From Octopus bimaculoides (Eukaryota), in assembly GCF_001194135.2 (NCBI RefSeq), contig NC_068984.1:87314051-87378050 (forward strand): a DNA stretch of 64,000 nt, read 5' to 3'. The notes below the pieces were generated by a model. That model did no database searches. It saw nothing but the letters and a program-made list of their open reading frames with translations, and was not told the origin of the DNA. The first letter of the stretch is position 1. The number at the start of each line of letters is the position of its first letter. The position numbers and the translations under genes are program-made. This document shows, piece by piece, positions 14,101 to 26,794 of the stretch.

Positions 14101-14599
14101 CAATCCTCTTCACCAGCAGATGTGGCTTTAACACTTCTGTTATGGAGGAAGGGTCTTCTTTCCTTTGTGGCATATCTATGAATGGAAAAGTGGTGAGTGT
14201 ACATGGAATTAGGTACTCGCTTCTGGAAACAGCCTAGGCACAGCAGTGGTAGTGAAATTACTGTTTTGGCAATACCATTCACTATCAATGAAAAATATCA
14301 AACACTATTTTTGTTACAGTTACATGTAAATAAATGAGAGAAATCTAATTCTGTGAACATTGACAGAATTCGTGCAGTTGAAGATGTCAATTCTATTCCT
14401 TCAAGTTGATCCAGTTCTTCACCAAATTAAATGTGGTTGATATTCATTGAAAGGGACCACTGCTTCAGTACATTTTAGGATACTATGATAGAAAATAGGC
14501 TGAGTTAAAAAAAAAAATGGGAGAGTTTAACAGATAAATGCAATTTTTAACCTGCATAATTTCTAATTTCTGTTTCATCTTTGTTTCAATCATTATACT

Positions 14600-14770
14600 G
14601 CAGCCATGTTGGGGCACAACCTTGAAGAATTTTAGCTGAACAAATTAATCCCAGTATTTATTTTAAAGCCTGATACTTATTCTATTGGGTTCTTTTGCTG
14701 AACTGCTAAGTTATAGGGATGTAAACATACTAACACTGGTTGTCAACCAGTGGTGGGGGACAAACGCATG
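14600..14770 (-). mobile_element. SINE family A, 3' fragment
   Basis: Reverse complement of the family A tail. Confidence 0.65.
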
Positions 14771-14957
14771 TATATATGTGTGTGTATATATATATATATA
14801 AAATATAAAGGAAGAGAGGAGGTATAAGATGAATATTTTATTTCACTAGTTGATGATTGTTTTCCAGCTTTATCTTAGTGTATAATAAAATATTTTACAT
14901 GTTTGTATTAATATAAATTATATAAAACAGTGCATTAAACTTATGTATGTATGTATG

Positions 14958-14996
<39 letters not shown>

Positions 14997-16019
14997 GGCA
15001 TTAACTGTGTATTAATACCTCACGCTATCGAGGGACTAAATAAGTAAAAAAACTCCCAAAAATAAGTAACATTTACCGAAAGCGAGGGANNNNNNNNNNN
15101 NNNNNNNNNNNNNNNNNNNNNNNNNNNNNNNNNNNNNNNNNNNNNNNNNNNNNNNNNNNNNNNNNNNNNNNNNNNNNNNNNNNNNNNNNNNNNNNNNNNN
15201 NNNNNNNNNNNNNNNNNNNNNNNNNNNNNNNNNNNNNNNNNNNNNNNNNNNNNNNNNNNNNNNNNNNNNNNNNNNNNNNNNNNNNNNNNNNNNNNNNNNN
15301 NNNNNNNNNNNNNNNNNNNNNNNNNNNNNNNNNNNNNNNNNNNNNNNNNNNNNNNNNNNNNNNNNNNNNNNNNNNNNNNNNNNNNNNNNNNNNNNNNNNN
15401 NNNNNNNNNNNNNNNNNNNNNNNNNNNNNNNNNNNNNNNNNNNNNNNNNNNNNNNNNNNNNNNNNNNNNNNNNNNNNNNNNNNNNNNNNNNNNNNNNNNN
15501 NNNNNNNNNNNNNNNNNNNNNNNNNNNNNNNNNNNNNNNNNNNNNNNNNNNNNNNNNNNNNNNNNNNNNNNNNNNNNNNNNNNNNNNNNNNNNNNNNNNN
15601 NNNNNNNNNNNNNNNNNNNNNNNNNNNNNNNNNNNNNNNNNNNNNNGTTGTTCATAATAAACTTTATTTTACATTTCTTGCCCACAAGAGATTATATCCA
15701 ATCTTTAGCATACTGCTGTGTCTTCTCAAATCACAATCACAGGAAAAGTTGTTGATAATTCTTATCAACAAACACAAAGCTGATAAATACACACAGGTGT
15801 TGCAAATTAAGTTTAATTACCAATAAACATCAGCATGGGTAACACTTTGCTCAACTGACAGAGGAAGGTGACTGATCAAACTGATTATGAAAATAATATT
15901 CTTTCCACCTATTCTTGTCGGAACCTTTGATATGGAGTACCGAAATTTTAATCCCTTTCACACTTAGAAAATGTCAAGCAAACATAAAAATTTGTCATTA
16001 GCATTATTGACAGTATGGG

Positions 16020-16190
16020 CGGAACTTATGAATCATTTACTGCGAAGGAGAAATGAAATATGTTGAATATGGCAATCTTTGAACCTCATGTTAATGAAGC
16101 TAATGTTCAATATTGGCGTAAACAGTATGACAAACTTGAAACTGTGCCTAGTAATAAACAGACAAAAATAAAAACATACAATCAAGATTA
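16020..16190 (+). mobile_element. pogo/Tigger-like transposase N-terminal (Brinker-type DBD) relic
   Basis: YESFTAKEK*...VNEANVQYWRKQYDKL resembles the SYxxxFKL...VxExNVxxWRKQ pattern. Confidence 0.4.
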
Positions 16191-16384
16191 TCCATACCAC
16201 TATGTATGTCAATGGTGCTCCATTGCGATAGGTAGAAATTCCAGGCAATGTAAAATATGGCCTGGACTGTGTTTACCAGCATGAACGTCAGACTTCAAAA
16301 AGTAGTTAACCATTAAATGGTTTTAGTAAATTTATACAGAAAAAGTAAGCATTATACTGTCCAGCATAAATAAAGGTCAACTTC

Positions 16385-16810
16385 ATTATCATCGTTGTTC
16401 AATGTCCACTTTCCATGCTGGCAAGCCAGAAGGCTGTACCAGGTTCTAATCCGATCTAGCAAAGTTTCTACAGCTGGATGCCCTTCCTAAAGCCAACCAC
16501 TCCAAGTGTAGTGGGTACTTTTTACATACCACTGGCAAGAGGGCCAGTCAAGCAGTACTGGCATCGACCACACTTGAATGGTGCTTTCTATGTGCCACTG
16601 GCATGGGAACTAGTCAGACAGTACTGGCAATGACCATGTTTGAAAGATGCTTTTTACGTGCCACCGGCATTGACCATGCTTGAATGGTGCTTTTTACATG
16701 CCACCAGTACAGGAGTCAGTCAGGCAGCACTTGCATCGACCACATTCAAATGGTACTTTTTACATGCCACCAGCATGGGTGCCAATCAGGCAGTACTGTC
16801 ATCGACCATG
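16385..16810 (-). mobile_element. Repeat family C with internal ~66-bp tandem repeat (5 units)
   Basis: Family C terminus at 16385-16520. Units anchored on TTTTAYRTGCCAC start near 16520, 16585, 16650, 16690 and 16758. Confidence 0.75.
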
Positions 16811-17019
16811 ACAAAGCCATTATTTTTTCTGTAAAACCTATTCTGACATTAAATGAGTCAATTTCCAGTATGAATGATTACATTTTGTACGTCTATTTTC
16901 AAGAAAAAGGATTTCTGGAAATGATCTACTCATGTAATTTACACACCCGCTAAAGTTTATTTTTATTTTTGCAAAAAAAGTGTTTAAATTACATAGGTTT
17001 TTACGATATATATATATAT

Positions 17020-17180
17020 ATGACAAACTTCTTTCAGTTTCCATTGACCAAATCCACCTATAAGGCTTTGGTTGGTCCAAGGATATAGTAGAAAACACTT
17101 ACTCAAGGTGCCATACAGTGGGACTGAACCTGGAATCATGTGGTTGGTAAGCAAACTTCTTTCCACAGAGCCATGCCGGC
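17020..17180 (-). mobile_element. SINE family A, 5' half
   Basis: Reverse complement of the family A head. Confidence 0.7.
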
Positions 17181-18266
17181 ACACGTTTCCAATTATAACC
17201 AGAATTAGAGGTTGTAATTTAATTACATTTTAATTAAAGATCATAGTGAGTGGAATTTATGCAAATCTTGCATTGGAAAATATAAGATATGAGGTGCAAA
17301 AAAGGGTCAAATTTGAATAAGACTTGTGCCAAAATTCATCTGAAAACTAAATAATCCTTATTCCCAGAATACATCTGGCATAATTAAGCTTACTTGAAAG
17401 ATCTTAATGAGAGTTACGAGTATCTTTGAACCTCATGAAAAGTGATACTGTAGAAAAAACTCATAAAGCAAAAAGTTTTCAAATTTTGATGAATGAAGCA
17501 CCTAAGTATATCTTTAAGTCATTAAATCTGTTACTTTAGAAAAAAATTTGTTTAGTTAAGCTTTCTTATATGGTTTAAATGAGAAAAATCTAACAGTGAA
17601 AACTGTCAAAACTGGTACAGTAGAAGATAACTTAATGGAGTATAAATTGACAAGATTTGAACNNNNNNNNNNNNNNNNNNNNNNNNNNNNNNNNNNNNNN
17701 NNNNNNNNNNNNNNNNNNNNNNNNNNNNNNNNNNNNNNNNNNNNNNNNNNNNNNNNNNNNNNNNNNNNNNNNNNNNNNNNNNNNNNNNNNNNNNNNTTAT
17801 TCCAAATTTTTAACCAGTTTCAGATCAGTTCCAATTTCAGTTTGGTTTCTCCTTGATGTATGCATGTGTATTTTTTTGAGGATGGTATCGCACAAGCTAC
17901 ACATTTTCTGATTTTCTAATATTTTGAAAGAATATCTATACAAAAATCGAGAAAGCTGCTTATTAATTAGGTATGTAACAATTACTAAAAGTACTAAAAG
18001 AAAGCAATATTAAAAGCTTGACTGTCTGGAAATATTTTTATAAATTCATGTTCTAAGAAATTTCCTATAATTTTAATTTCTGAAGTTTATTGAGTTTTTT
18101 AACTCCAAATTCTGGCAAATTTAAATATTCATTGCATTCACTGCAGAGTAGATTTTAATGTTTAACAATAAGAACTATTAATTTGTTGCAGGCAACATTA
18201 TACGTTTTTATTTGCAACAGTCTCTCATTCTCGTTCGCCTCTATTTTCATTAATGATAATTTAATA

Positions 18267-18545
18267 ATAGCTGTATAACATTGATACGAGACACAATTTC
18301 AAGACTATTATCAGTTTCCGGAGTTTATTAAATGAATATTTTTGATAAAATGAAAATTTTTTAATATATCAGTAAAATTTTCAAGTGATTTTGTGTTGAA
18401 TGAATGCATGCTGTTACATAAAATAGCTGTATAACTTTGATGTGAGGCACAATTTCAAGAATATTATCAGTTTCTGGAGTTTGTTAAATGAATATTTTTG
18501 ATAAAATGAAAATTCTTTAATATACCGGTATAATTTTTTTAAATG
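18267..18545. repeat. Tandem duplication, ~120-bp unit, 156-bp period
   Basis: ATAGCTGTATAAC...GAATATTTTTGATAAAATGAAAATT occurs at 18267 and 18423. Confidence 0.85.
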
Positions 18546-18671
18546 AAGAAGTGATTTTGTTAGTATGGCTACTTGGAATGCTATAAGCTTTACAATAATA
18601 ACTATGTGATCACTGCTATTTCTAGCATGCTAAACAAGATAGTTTTTAACAAGCTTTCATTTATATATAAT

Positions 18672-19694
18672 ATGCGACCGAAAAAGAAAATTTAGCAGCA
18701 AAGGCACAACGGCAGAGAGAAAGACGGGCAACTGAATCAGATGAAACCAGGGCAAAGTGACTGAAACAGATGTCTGAATATGCACGGAGACATAGACATG
18801 ATTCTGTTTCCGTTACACATGACCGACTGGTTAGGGTATCTTGAGAGGAGAATATTCGACTTCAAAATAACGGTGTCAGATCACAAATTGTTGATGCAAC
18901 ACTAAAGAGCTCTTTTCTTTGTGATCATATGGAAGTAGTGGAGTTGACAACCAATCTAAGACTTCTTACATAAGGTCATTCTGATGAAAGAGAGTTTGCT
19001 AACTGCCTTTTTAATGCAGGAAATGGTAACATTTCTGTTGAACAAAGCCTAGGTGAATTCAAAATCAAACTACCCAATGACCTTTGCCTTGAAAGTGGTA
19101 CTCTTTCAGATCTATGTGATTTTGTATATGCTGACCTAAAAAATAACTTCACAAACCCTGTGGCTTGCAACTACTACCATTGTTACTTCAACAAATGAAG
19201 CAGCACAATTTGTGAATGATTTTCTGTTGACCAGGATCCCTGGTGAGCTAAATATATACAGAAACTCAGATACAGTTGATAATGAAGCTCTGTACCCAGT
19301 TGAGTTCATCAACAAACTTACACCATTAGGGTTTCCCCTACACATTCTCAAACTGAAGAAAAAATGATGTGTAACGCTTCTGAGAAATTTAGATGCTACT
19401 AATCGACATTGCAATGGCACATGCATTGTCAGTTTAAATGATCATGTTATTGAGGCTGAAGTTGTTTCTGGTTCTCAGGCAGGATCAACTCTGCTAATCC
19501 CAAGAATACCACATGTATCTCAAGAAATGAAATTTCTATTCACATTTACACACAAACTATTTCCTGTCAAGCCAGCTTTTGCCTTGATGTGCAACAAGGC
19601 ACAGGGACAGACTTTTGAACAAATTGGAATATATCTTCTGACACAACTCTTCTCACATGGTCAGCTATATGTTGTATTATCAAAAGAAGGCTAA
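18672..19694 (+). mobile_element. Helitron RepHel relic: N-terminus fused to the C-terminal Pif1 helicase half (internal deletion)
   Basis: Contains SQIVDATLKSSFL..LTTNLR, YPVEFINKLTPLGFPLHIL, LLRNL..HCNGT, LIPRI, FPVKPAFALMCNKAQGQT and FSHGQLYVVLS (Pif1 motifs IV-VI). The upstream part is charged, MRPKK..AAKAQRQRERRATESDETRAK. Stops and frameshifts present. Confidence 0.9.
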
Positions 19695-21309
19695 TGTAAA
19701 AATATTGGTTGAAAGAAATGGAAATAGTATGATTACTGACAATTGTGTCCACAAGGAGATACTACTTTAAAGCAAAATATGCTTTTTAGCAAGTTTCAGT
19801 AAATAGAATTAACACATAAATTATATGTAAAGTAACATATATTTGCGTGGAATTAAATTGCTTTGGCATATTTCAACACATGCCAAATGAATGATATCGT
19901 TATATTAGATTATTTTAAATTTGGGTATATTTGAAAAAAATAAGGAAATGCCATTTCTATGTGTTCTCATAGCGTGAGACTTTTGTGTGTGTGTATCCCT
20001 CCATCTACCTATGCACACCTATGGTAAATTCTACCAATTATTAATGATAGATATATATAACAGATTGACTATTTAAAATGTACATTACATCTGCTGTTTT
20101 GAAAATAAGATAAAAAGTTTTTAACTGTAGGGTAAGAATTGTTTTCTATGCTTATTTTCATACTAAAAAAAAACAAAAACAATACAAACACTATCCAGTT
20201 GTTCCTTGTCCATTCCAGTTCAGCTCATGTGTTTTGTGTTTTACATAGCACTTATCCCTTCTTTCATTTTCAGGCTGGTCTCTTCAATATCTTTTTTCAT
20301 GCTTCATTTCCTTCCTGTCAACATTACTGACAGGGGAATAACAGCGATCACGGAATCTTGTAGCATCATGATGCAATTGAATAAATTATTAATACATTAA
20401 CCTTCAACATTTAAACAAGCTATAGCCTGATCAAATATTCTACCTATTCAATATAAAATTGGCCAGATCTGGCCACTCACATTTACCCTGCAATGTCATT
20501 CTAAAAATAAACAATCGCATTGTCACAATCTCAAAGCTACAAGATAATGCATGATTAATGCAAAATAATGTGAATAAGCATTACATTTGACAGAGTAAGG
20601 AGAAGGCTACAGCGTTAAGCTAGAGTTTTGAAGTTACACTATACAGACTGTTTCCTGTAAAGCATCATAGAACACCAAGCCTTTCATGTAGAAAGATATA
20701 TCCTTATCATTTAATGTCTGTCTTCTATGCTGGATGCCCCTTCTTATTGCTGACCCCTTTATAGAGTATACTGGGTGCTTTTTTATGTAGTAATGACACT
20801 AGTAAGGTCATCAACTTGCAAGACCAAAAAAAGCCTCCAAAGATTGTAAGGGTGGCTACAATCAGCAGGAGAAAAATGTGGGGTGGGTGGCAATAGCTGA
20901 TATGACAGGTTGCTGAGAGTGAGAGCAAATATGAAAGGGTGTTAAAGATGAGGTATGGCAGTGCTAAGATGTAGCTCAGAGGAGAGGGAGAGATGATTGC
21001 AGGTACACAAAGGAATGAGCAATAGAAAATAAAGTGGGAAGGAATGATATTGAGAATGATAGGTGAATGTTAACAGGAAGTGGTTCCAAGGAGAGGGGTA
21101 AATGGTAGTGGAAAAGGGTACGAAATATCTGCAGTTCTATTCTCATACAATTACAGTAGCTGAATAGTGCCATAGTTTGAAGAATGACAGAGAGATGGGT
21201 GTTGGGAAGATGAGAGGTGGGAGAGGCTTGAATGGGAGAGATTGAGTGCAGGACAAAAGGAGGGTATACAAATAAACATAAAGGAGTTTAGGGTCTCAGT
21301 TTCAATGTG

Positions 21310-21995
21310 ACTTCTCAGACACAGCAAATCATCAATCATCTTGATCCTTTATCATCTCTGTGAGGCTCAACATTTTGAGATCAACCTTCTCTACTTCAAT
21401 CCATATCTTCCTGCATATCCCTTTTCCACAAATTACATCCACACAGCTTTCCTCACCCATACACATCACATGACCATATCAGTGCAGTCTTTTCTCTTAC
21501 ACACTACATCTGTTTCCTCTTATGCCAGTTTTTCTCTCAATGCATTTGCACTTTGTTGTATAAATTGCACTGGCATTGCACATCTAGCAGAGCTTGTTGG
21601 TTTCATTCCTTTCATTCTTTGCATGTCCTCTGCCTCAATGGCACTCCATTCTGTTCTTATTCTAGCAACTATACTTTCAGAATGTCTTCTCTGAAGTACC
21701 CCTGAGGAACCTGAGCATTGAAGAAAATCTATCTCCTGCGTGCTCTTCATTATTATACTGCTCCTGCACATCTACCCAAGAAAATGTACTTTTTTTTGTT
21801 TGCACCTTGTATCTTCATAGCTTGCACTGGGCACACTGCATATACTTTCAACATACACCTTTCCTACATACCAAGTAGGGCCATTTTCCTGAAGGAAGCA
21901 GACTCCTGTTTTATTTTCCAGCTAACTGAAACTTGGGTCCTTTGCTTAGTTAACTTTGAGGCCTTTTGATTCCAAGCTTTGCTTCAAGCATGATA
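21310..21995 (-). mobile_element. RTE-clade LINE, ORF2 C-terminal relic
   Basis: SLESKGLKVN, a Cys-rich CxxC cluster, ESIVARIRTEW and GHVMCMGEESCV; same family as 29440-30110. Confidence 0.7.
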
Positions 21996-22523
21996 GAACT
22001 TGTGGCAGAGGAAAATCAAAGAAAAGATGGGACTGAAAGGTGAAAACTGAACTAATCTCAAAAAGGCTGAAACTCATGAAGGGCATAACAAAAGACAGCA
22101 AACAAATGAAATACTGTGCTGGGGAAGACCCATGCCTGACCTTGGAAATATGTGTACAGTGATGGATTCAAGGGTTTCACATATTTACAACTTGATTTCT
22201 TAATTTCACCGGAGCATAAAAACAGAAAAAAATTTTAAAATTGAATTTACAAATTTCTTGATAAGCAAGTGGTCATATTATTTTATTCATTTTCTTTTTC
22301 ATATGACTCGACCCTTGTTTGCATATGTATAGATAATGGTGTACCTATGCGCATAGACACTGATGGATTCAAGGGTTTTGTTTATTTACAAATTGATTTA
22401 ATTTCACCAGAGTATGAATACCTATAATGGTGATACTTAAAAAAAAAAAAATAATAATTCAGACCAATCAAAAAACATGGGTAAGCAACGCATTGTAGGC
22501 CACACTATAATTTGTGAAAACAT

Positions 22524-22982
22524 TTATGTGTGCACAGGGGATGCATCAGCCTTCATTTTTTTTAGTTTATCATCCATAATATATACTGGTTTCAAAGTGG
22601 CATAGTCATTTGTCCAGCCAATAATTTCAACAGGATCTGATTTTTTTTCCTTGCTATAGCAATTTCCACAGAATATTGGGCCTCTTGCTGGTTTCCCATT
22701 TTTCAATTTTTCAACAGCGACATTTTCTAAGTCAAACATATTCTTAGTCATCCAGCACTTTTTGACACACCTTATGAAATCATCGTATTCCTCAAGATCT
22801 TCAATAGTGCAACTATTTAAATCAAAGACATCTTCTTTTGGCTTCCAGTCCTCAAATTCTACAATAAGCTTCATATTTCGGAATTTAGTAATGTCTATTT
22901 GAGGATCAACCTGATTTCTAAAATCTGCTGAAGGTTGTGAACTTGATTTATCATGTGTTCCTTTCAAAGCTTCATCAGGAAA
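22524..22982 (-). CDS. RABIF: Mss4/RABIF-family (Rab chaperone/GEF-like zinc protein), terminal coding exon
   Basis: Acceptor TTTTATTTTACAG ends at 22983, phase 0, 153 open codons. KCWMTKNMFDLENVAVEK resembles Mss4 HWLVEDMFIFENVGFTK, and IFCGNC...IIGW...VYI resembles LVCADC..GPIGW..FYV (compared from memory of human RABIF). Confidence 0.8.
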   Translation of the reverse strand, partial: FPDEALKGTHDKSSSQPSADFRNQVDPQIDITKFRNMKLIVEFEDWKPKEDVFDLNSCTIEDLEEYDDFIRCVKKCWMTKNMFDLENVAVEKLKNGKPARGPIFCGNCYSKEKKSDPVEIIGWTNDYATLKPVYIMDDKLKKMKADASPVHT

Positions 22983-23684
22983 CTGTAAAATAAAACAAAC
23001 AGTAAAGAAAAAAAGCTTTTATTATTAAAATAATTGTAAAGGAAAATTTGTTCCAAAATTAAAACAAATTATATTTTGTAACTTCATTAGATAATTTTTG
23101 TTTAATATTGAATAGTGGTTGATCCATGAAAAATTTTGAAGAACTGTATGTACAATATTGGTGGATAATGAGGCAACAATAGTATCCTACTTCTATCATA
23201 TTCAGTTATTGGAACAATCAGAGTATGAGAAAACTATTGAAAGTCTGTGTTAGGAAATAATCAGTACAAGTTCATACATTGGAGCAGATTACTCTGCTGT
23301 GAAGAAGAGGAGAGTTTTGATGTTTCGGGTGGGATCCTGCACAAACCATATCTCTTATGAAACAGGTTGGTTTATAATTAATTTGTTCAAACAGAACTGA
23401 GGTTATACTGTGACAATAACAACTAAGCTATATTTATCATATGAAGTTTCTAAAATATCATTCAGTGTTTAATTAGTAACCTCCATAACATATCTATTTT
23501 GCCAGAACTTATTCAATAACAAACTTTGCTGCATATTATACTTTGCCAAAATAAATTAGTGCTTATATGACATCTTTGCAATTCATCTAAGTCTCTTCAA
23601 CTGTATAAACATAGTTGACACCAAGCAGAATATAACATTCTCTCAATATCACATTGATATGTAGTCAGAGTCGATGACAATCTT

Positions 23685-24030
23685 TTACCTTTTACTTGTT
23701 TTAGTCATTTGGCTGCAACCATTCTGGAGCACCGCATTGAAGTTGACTCCTGAACTTATTTTTCTTAAGTTTAGTAATTATTCTATCAGTCTCTTTTGTC
23801 AAACCACTAAATTATGGGGACATAAACACACCAGCACTGGTTGTTAAGTGATGGTGGGGGACAAACACAGGCACAAAGATATACACATAGATATATACAT
23901 ATATATATATATATATACAACAGGTTTCTTACAGTTTCTTTCTACCAAATTCATTTACAAGGCCTTGGTCGGCCAAAGACAACAGAACACACTTGCCAAA
24001 GGTACTACACAGTTGGATTGGACCCAGAAC
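23685..24030 (-). mobile_element. SINE family A
   Basis: Reverse complement of the family A tail, microsatellite and part of the head. Confidence 0.7.
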
Positions 24031-24069
24031 AATGTGCAAACATCTCTTTTATCTTTAAATTTTTACTTG

Positions 24070-24335
24070 TTTCAGTCACATGACTGTGACCATGTTAGGG
24101 CACCTCTTTGAGGAATTTTAATCGAAATAATCAATTCCAGTACTTATTGTCTTTTTTAAAACCTGTTTATTCTATCAGGCTCTTTTGCTGAACTGCTAGA
24201 CTATGGGGACATAAACACACCTATCTACCCAATTCACTCACAAGGCTTTAGTCGGCCCAAAGTGCCATGCAGTGGGTGTGAGCATGGAACCATGTGGTTG
24301 GGAGGCAAACATCTTACCACACAACCACGCCTGTG
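24070..24335 (-). mobile_element. SINE family A, internally deleted
   Basis: Reverse complement of tail and head segments. Confidence 0.65.
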
Positions 24336-24949
24336 TCTATAAAACAAAAAAAGAATATCATATATATTTGGTATGGTGTACTTTATGTGTGGGTAAGCTC
24401 TAAATATCACACACAATTATTAGCAGTAAGAATTTTAAAGTTAAGTTGTTGTCAAGTGTTAAAATAATTCATGATTTTAGTGTAATAAGCATTTAAAATT
24501 AGAAATAATTAAATATTGAGAAAAAGACAACATTAGCTAATAATGTTTTAATCATCTTTGATAATTACAGGAAATAACTCCAAACATTTTTCACTCTTAC
24601 TGAATCTCTTCAGCAAAGGAAGCACGGACTTTGACAAGTAAAGTAGTGAAGAGATTATAATAATAAGATATTGTATGCAAGAAAGCATGAAGAATTAGCT
24701 TATAAATTAATCTGGTTAATTACTTCTGTTCTTACAAATTTCTTTTTATAATATTTTACTGAATATTATAGAGTAAATTCTATATTTAATTATTTTACTA
24801 AACAAATAAACAGATGCAGAATATCTGCTCTCAACACATGAAAGATATTGCTGTTGAGTAGCATCAAATCAATACTGATCATTGTAGACTTATGAGCAAA
24901 GTCATTCTGTTTGTGACCACCTTGTCATTATATGGGTGTTTAAAATTAC

Positions 24950-25266
24950 ATTATCCAGTACCGCCTGACTGGCTCCTGTAGGATTTTCGAGCGAGATCGT
25001 TGCCGGTGCCCCTGGACTGGCTTGTGCGGGTGGCACATGGGGGACACCATTTCGAGCGTGGCCGTTTTCGTGCGGGTGACACGTAAAAGCACCCACTACA
25101 CTCTCTGAGTGGTTGGCGTTAGGAAGGGCATCCAGCTGTAGAAACTCTGCCAAATCAGACTGGAGCCTGGTGTTGCCATCCGGTTTCACCAGTCCTCAGT
25201 CAAATCGTCCAACCCATGCTAGCATGGAAAGCGGACGTTAAACGATGATGATGATGATGATGATGA
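24950..25266 (+). mobile_element. Repeat family C (RTE-like 3' end or SINE) with (GAT)n tail, young copy
   Basis: GGTTGGCGTTAGGAAGGGCATCCAGC...GGAAAGCGGACGTTAAACGATGATGAT; nearly identical inverted copy at 27101-27270. Confidence 0.85.
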
Positions 25267-25327
25267 ATATAACCTTCCTTTTATTAAAATGGAGAAGTAT
25301 GACAGGAATTTGACTTAATTCTTTTAT

Positions 25328-25688
25328 TTGTTTCAGTCATTTGAATGTGGCCTTGCTGGAGCACTACCTTGAAGGGTTCTAGTCAAACAAATTGACCCCA
25401 GAGCTTTTTTTTTTTAAAGCCAAGTACTTATTCTATTGTTCTCTTTTGCCAAAGTGCTAATTTATGGGGATGTAAACATACCAACACCAGTTGTGAAGTG
25501 GTGATAGCGAGGATAAATAGTCTCACACACACACGACAGGCTTTTTTCAGTTTCCATCTACCAAATCCACTCACAAGGCTTTGGCTGGCCCAAGACTAAA
25601 GACACAGGTCCAAGGTGCCACACAATGAGACTGAACCTAGAACCATGTGGTTGGGAAGCAAGCTTCTTACCACACAGCCATGCCTGCC
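25328..25688 (-). mobile_element. SINE family A, full length
   Basis: Reverse complement of 2588-2945 over head, middle and tail. Confidence 0.8.
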
Positions 25689-25904
25689 ACCTTCTAGAAT
25701 TCTATGCATCCATTAGGTAAAGTAACCATGTTCAAGCTCTCTTTGGTTAATTAAAAGATATTGTTTTTACTTTGCAAATGACATTTCACTTCACTTCAAA
25801 AACTCCTAAATGTAGTTTCTAATGTTATTTACATTAAATTTCAAATTCAACTTTATGATGAAAGTAAACAAACAAAGTTTGTCTTTAGAAGCATTGAGAT
25901 GTAT

Positions 25905-26113
25905 TGTAAAATACAGAAATAAATTTATTTTTCAAATGCGTGATAATGCTATAAATAGCTTGATCAGGATAAATTATCCATATAATGCAGAAAAATATGT
26001 TACCGGGCTGGCTGGTAACGTATTTTTCTGCATTATATGGATAATTTATCCTGATCAAGCTATTTATAGCATTATCACGCGTTTGGAAAATAAATTTATT
26101 TCTGTATCTTACA
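25905..26113. repeat. Near-perfect palindrome (~100-bp arms, 9-nt loop), MITE/foldback-like
   Basis: Arms 25905-26004 and 26014-26113 are reverse complements with 4 mismatches seen; loop GGGCTGGCT. Confidence 0.92.
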
Positions 26114-26652
26114 TTAAATTTCAGTTTCTTTCAAGCCAGATCAACGAACTACATTAAGCATCTCTCTCTCTCTTTTTTTTTTTTTGTTAATTTATTTATT
26201 TACCAACAAATAGCAGTTAACAATATAATCATATTCATTTATAACCAAGGCAAAAAAAAAATAAGAAAAGCTAATTNNNNNNNNNNNNNNNNNNNNNNNN
26301 NNNNNNNNNNNNNNNNNNNNNNNNNNNNNNNNNNNNNNNNNNNNNNNNNNNNNNNNNNNNNNNNNNNNNNNNNNNNNNNNNNNNNNNNNNNNNNNNNNNN
26401 NNNNNNNNNNNNNNNNNNNNNNNNNNNNNNNNNNNNNNNNNNNNNNNNNNNNNNNNNNNNNNNNNNNNNNNNNNNNNNNNNNNNNNNNNNNNNNNNNNNN
26501 NNNNNNNNNNNNNNNNNNNNNNNNNNNNNNNNNNNNNNNNNNNNNNNNNNNNNNNNNNNNNNNNNNNNNNNNNNNNNNNNNNNNNNNNNNNNNNNNNNNN
26601 NNNNNNNNNNNNNNNNNNNNNNNNNNNNNNNNNNNNNNNNNNNNNNNNNNNN

Positions 26653-26699
<47 letters not shown>

Positions 26700-26794
26700 A
26701 TATTAGGGAATGAATTATTATTTCAACCTTACAGGTAAAATTCAGTAAAATAATATTAGACCAAATTTCGTAATATATAATATAATAATATATG

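Noticed and set aside
16520-16810. CRISPR-like repeat-spacer array (also considered for the PBS stack at 37972-38106)
   Set aside because: Eukaryotic context, no cas genes, and the intervening sequences are homologous to each other rather than unique spacers.
25822-26157. 111-aa ORF
   Set aside because: Runs through the palindrome, has no recognisable motif, and lies antisense in an intron.
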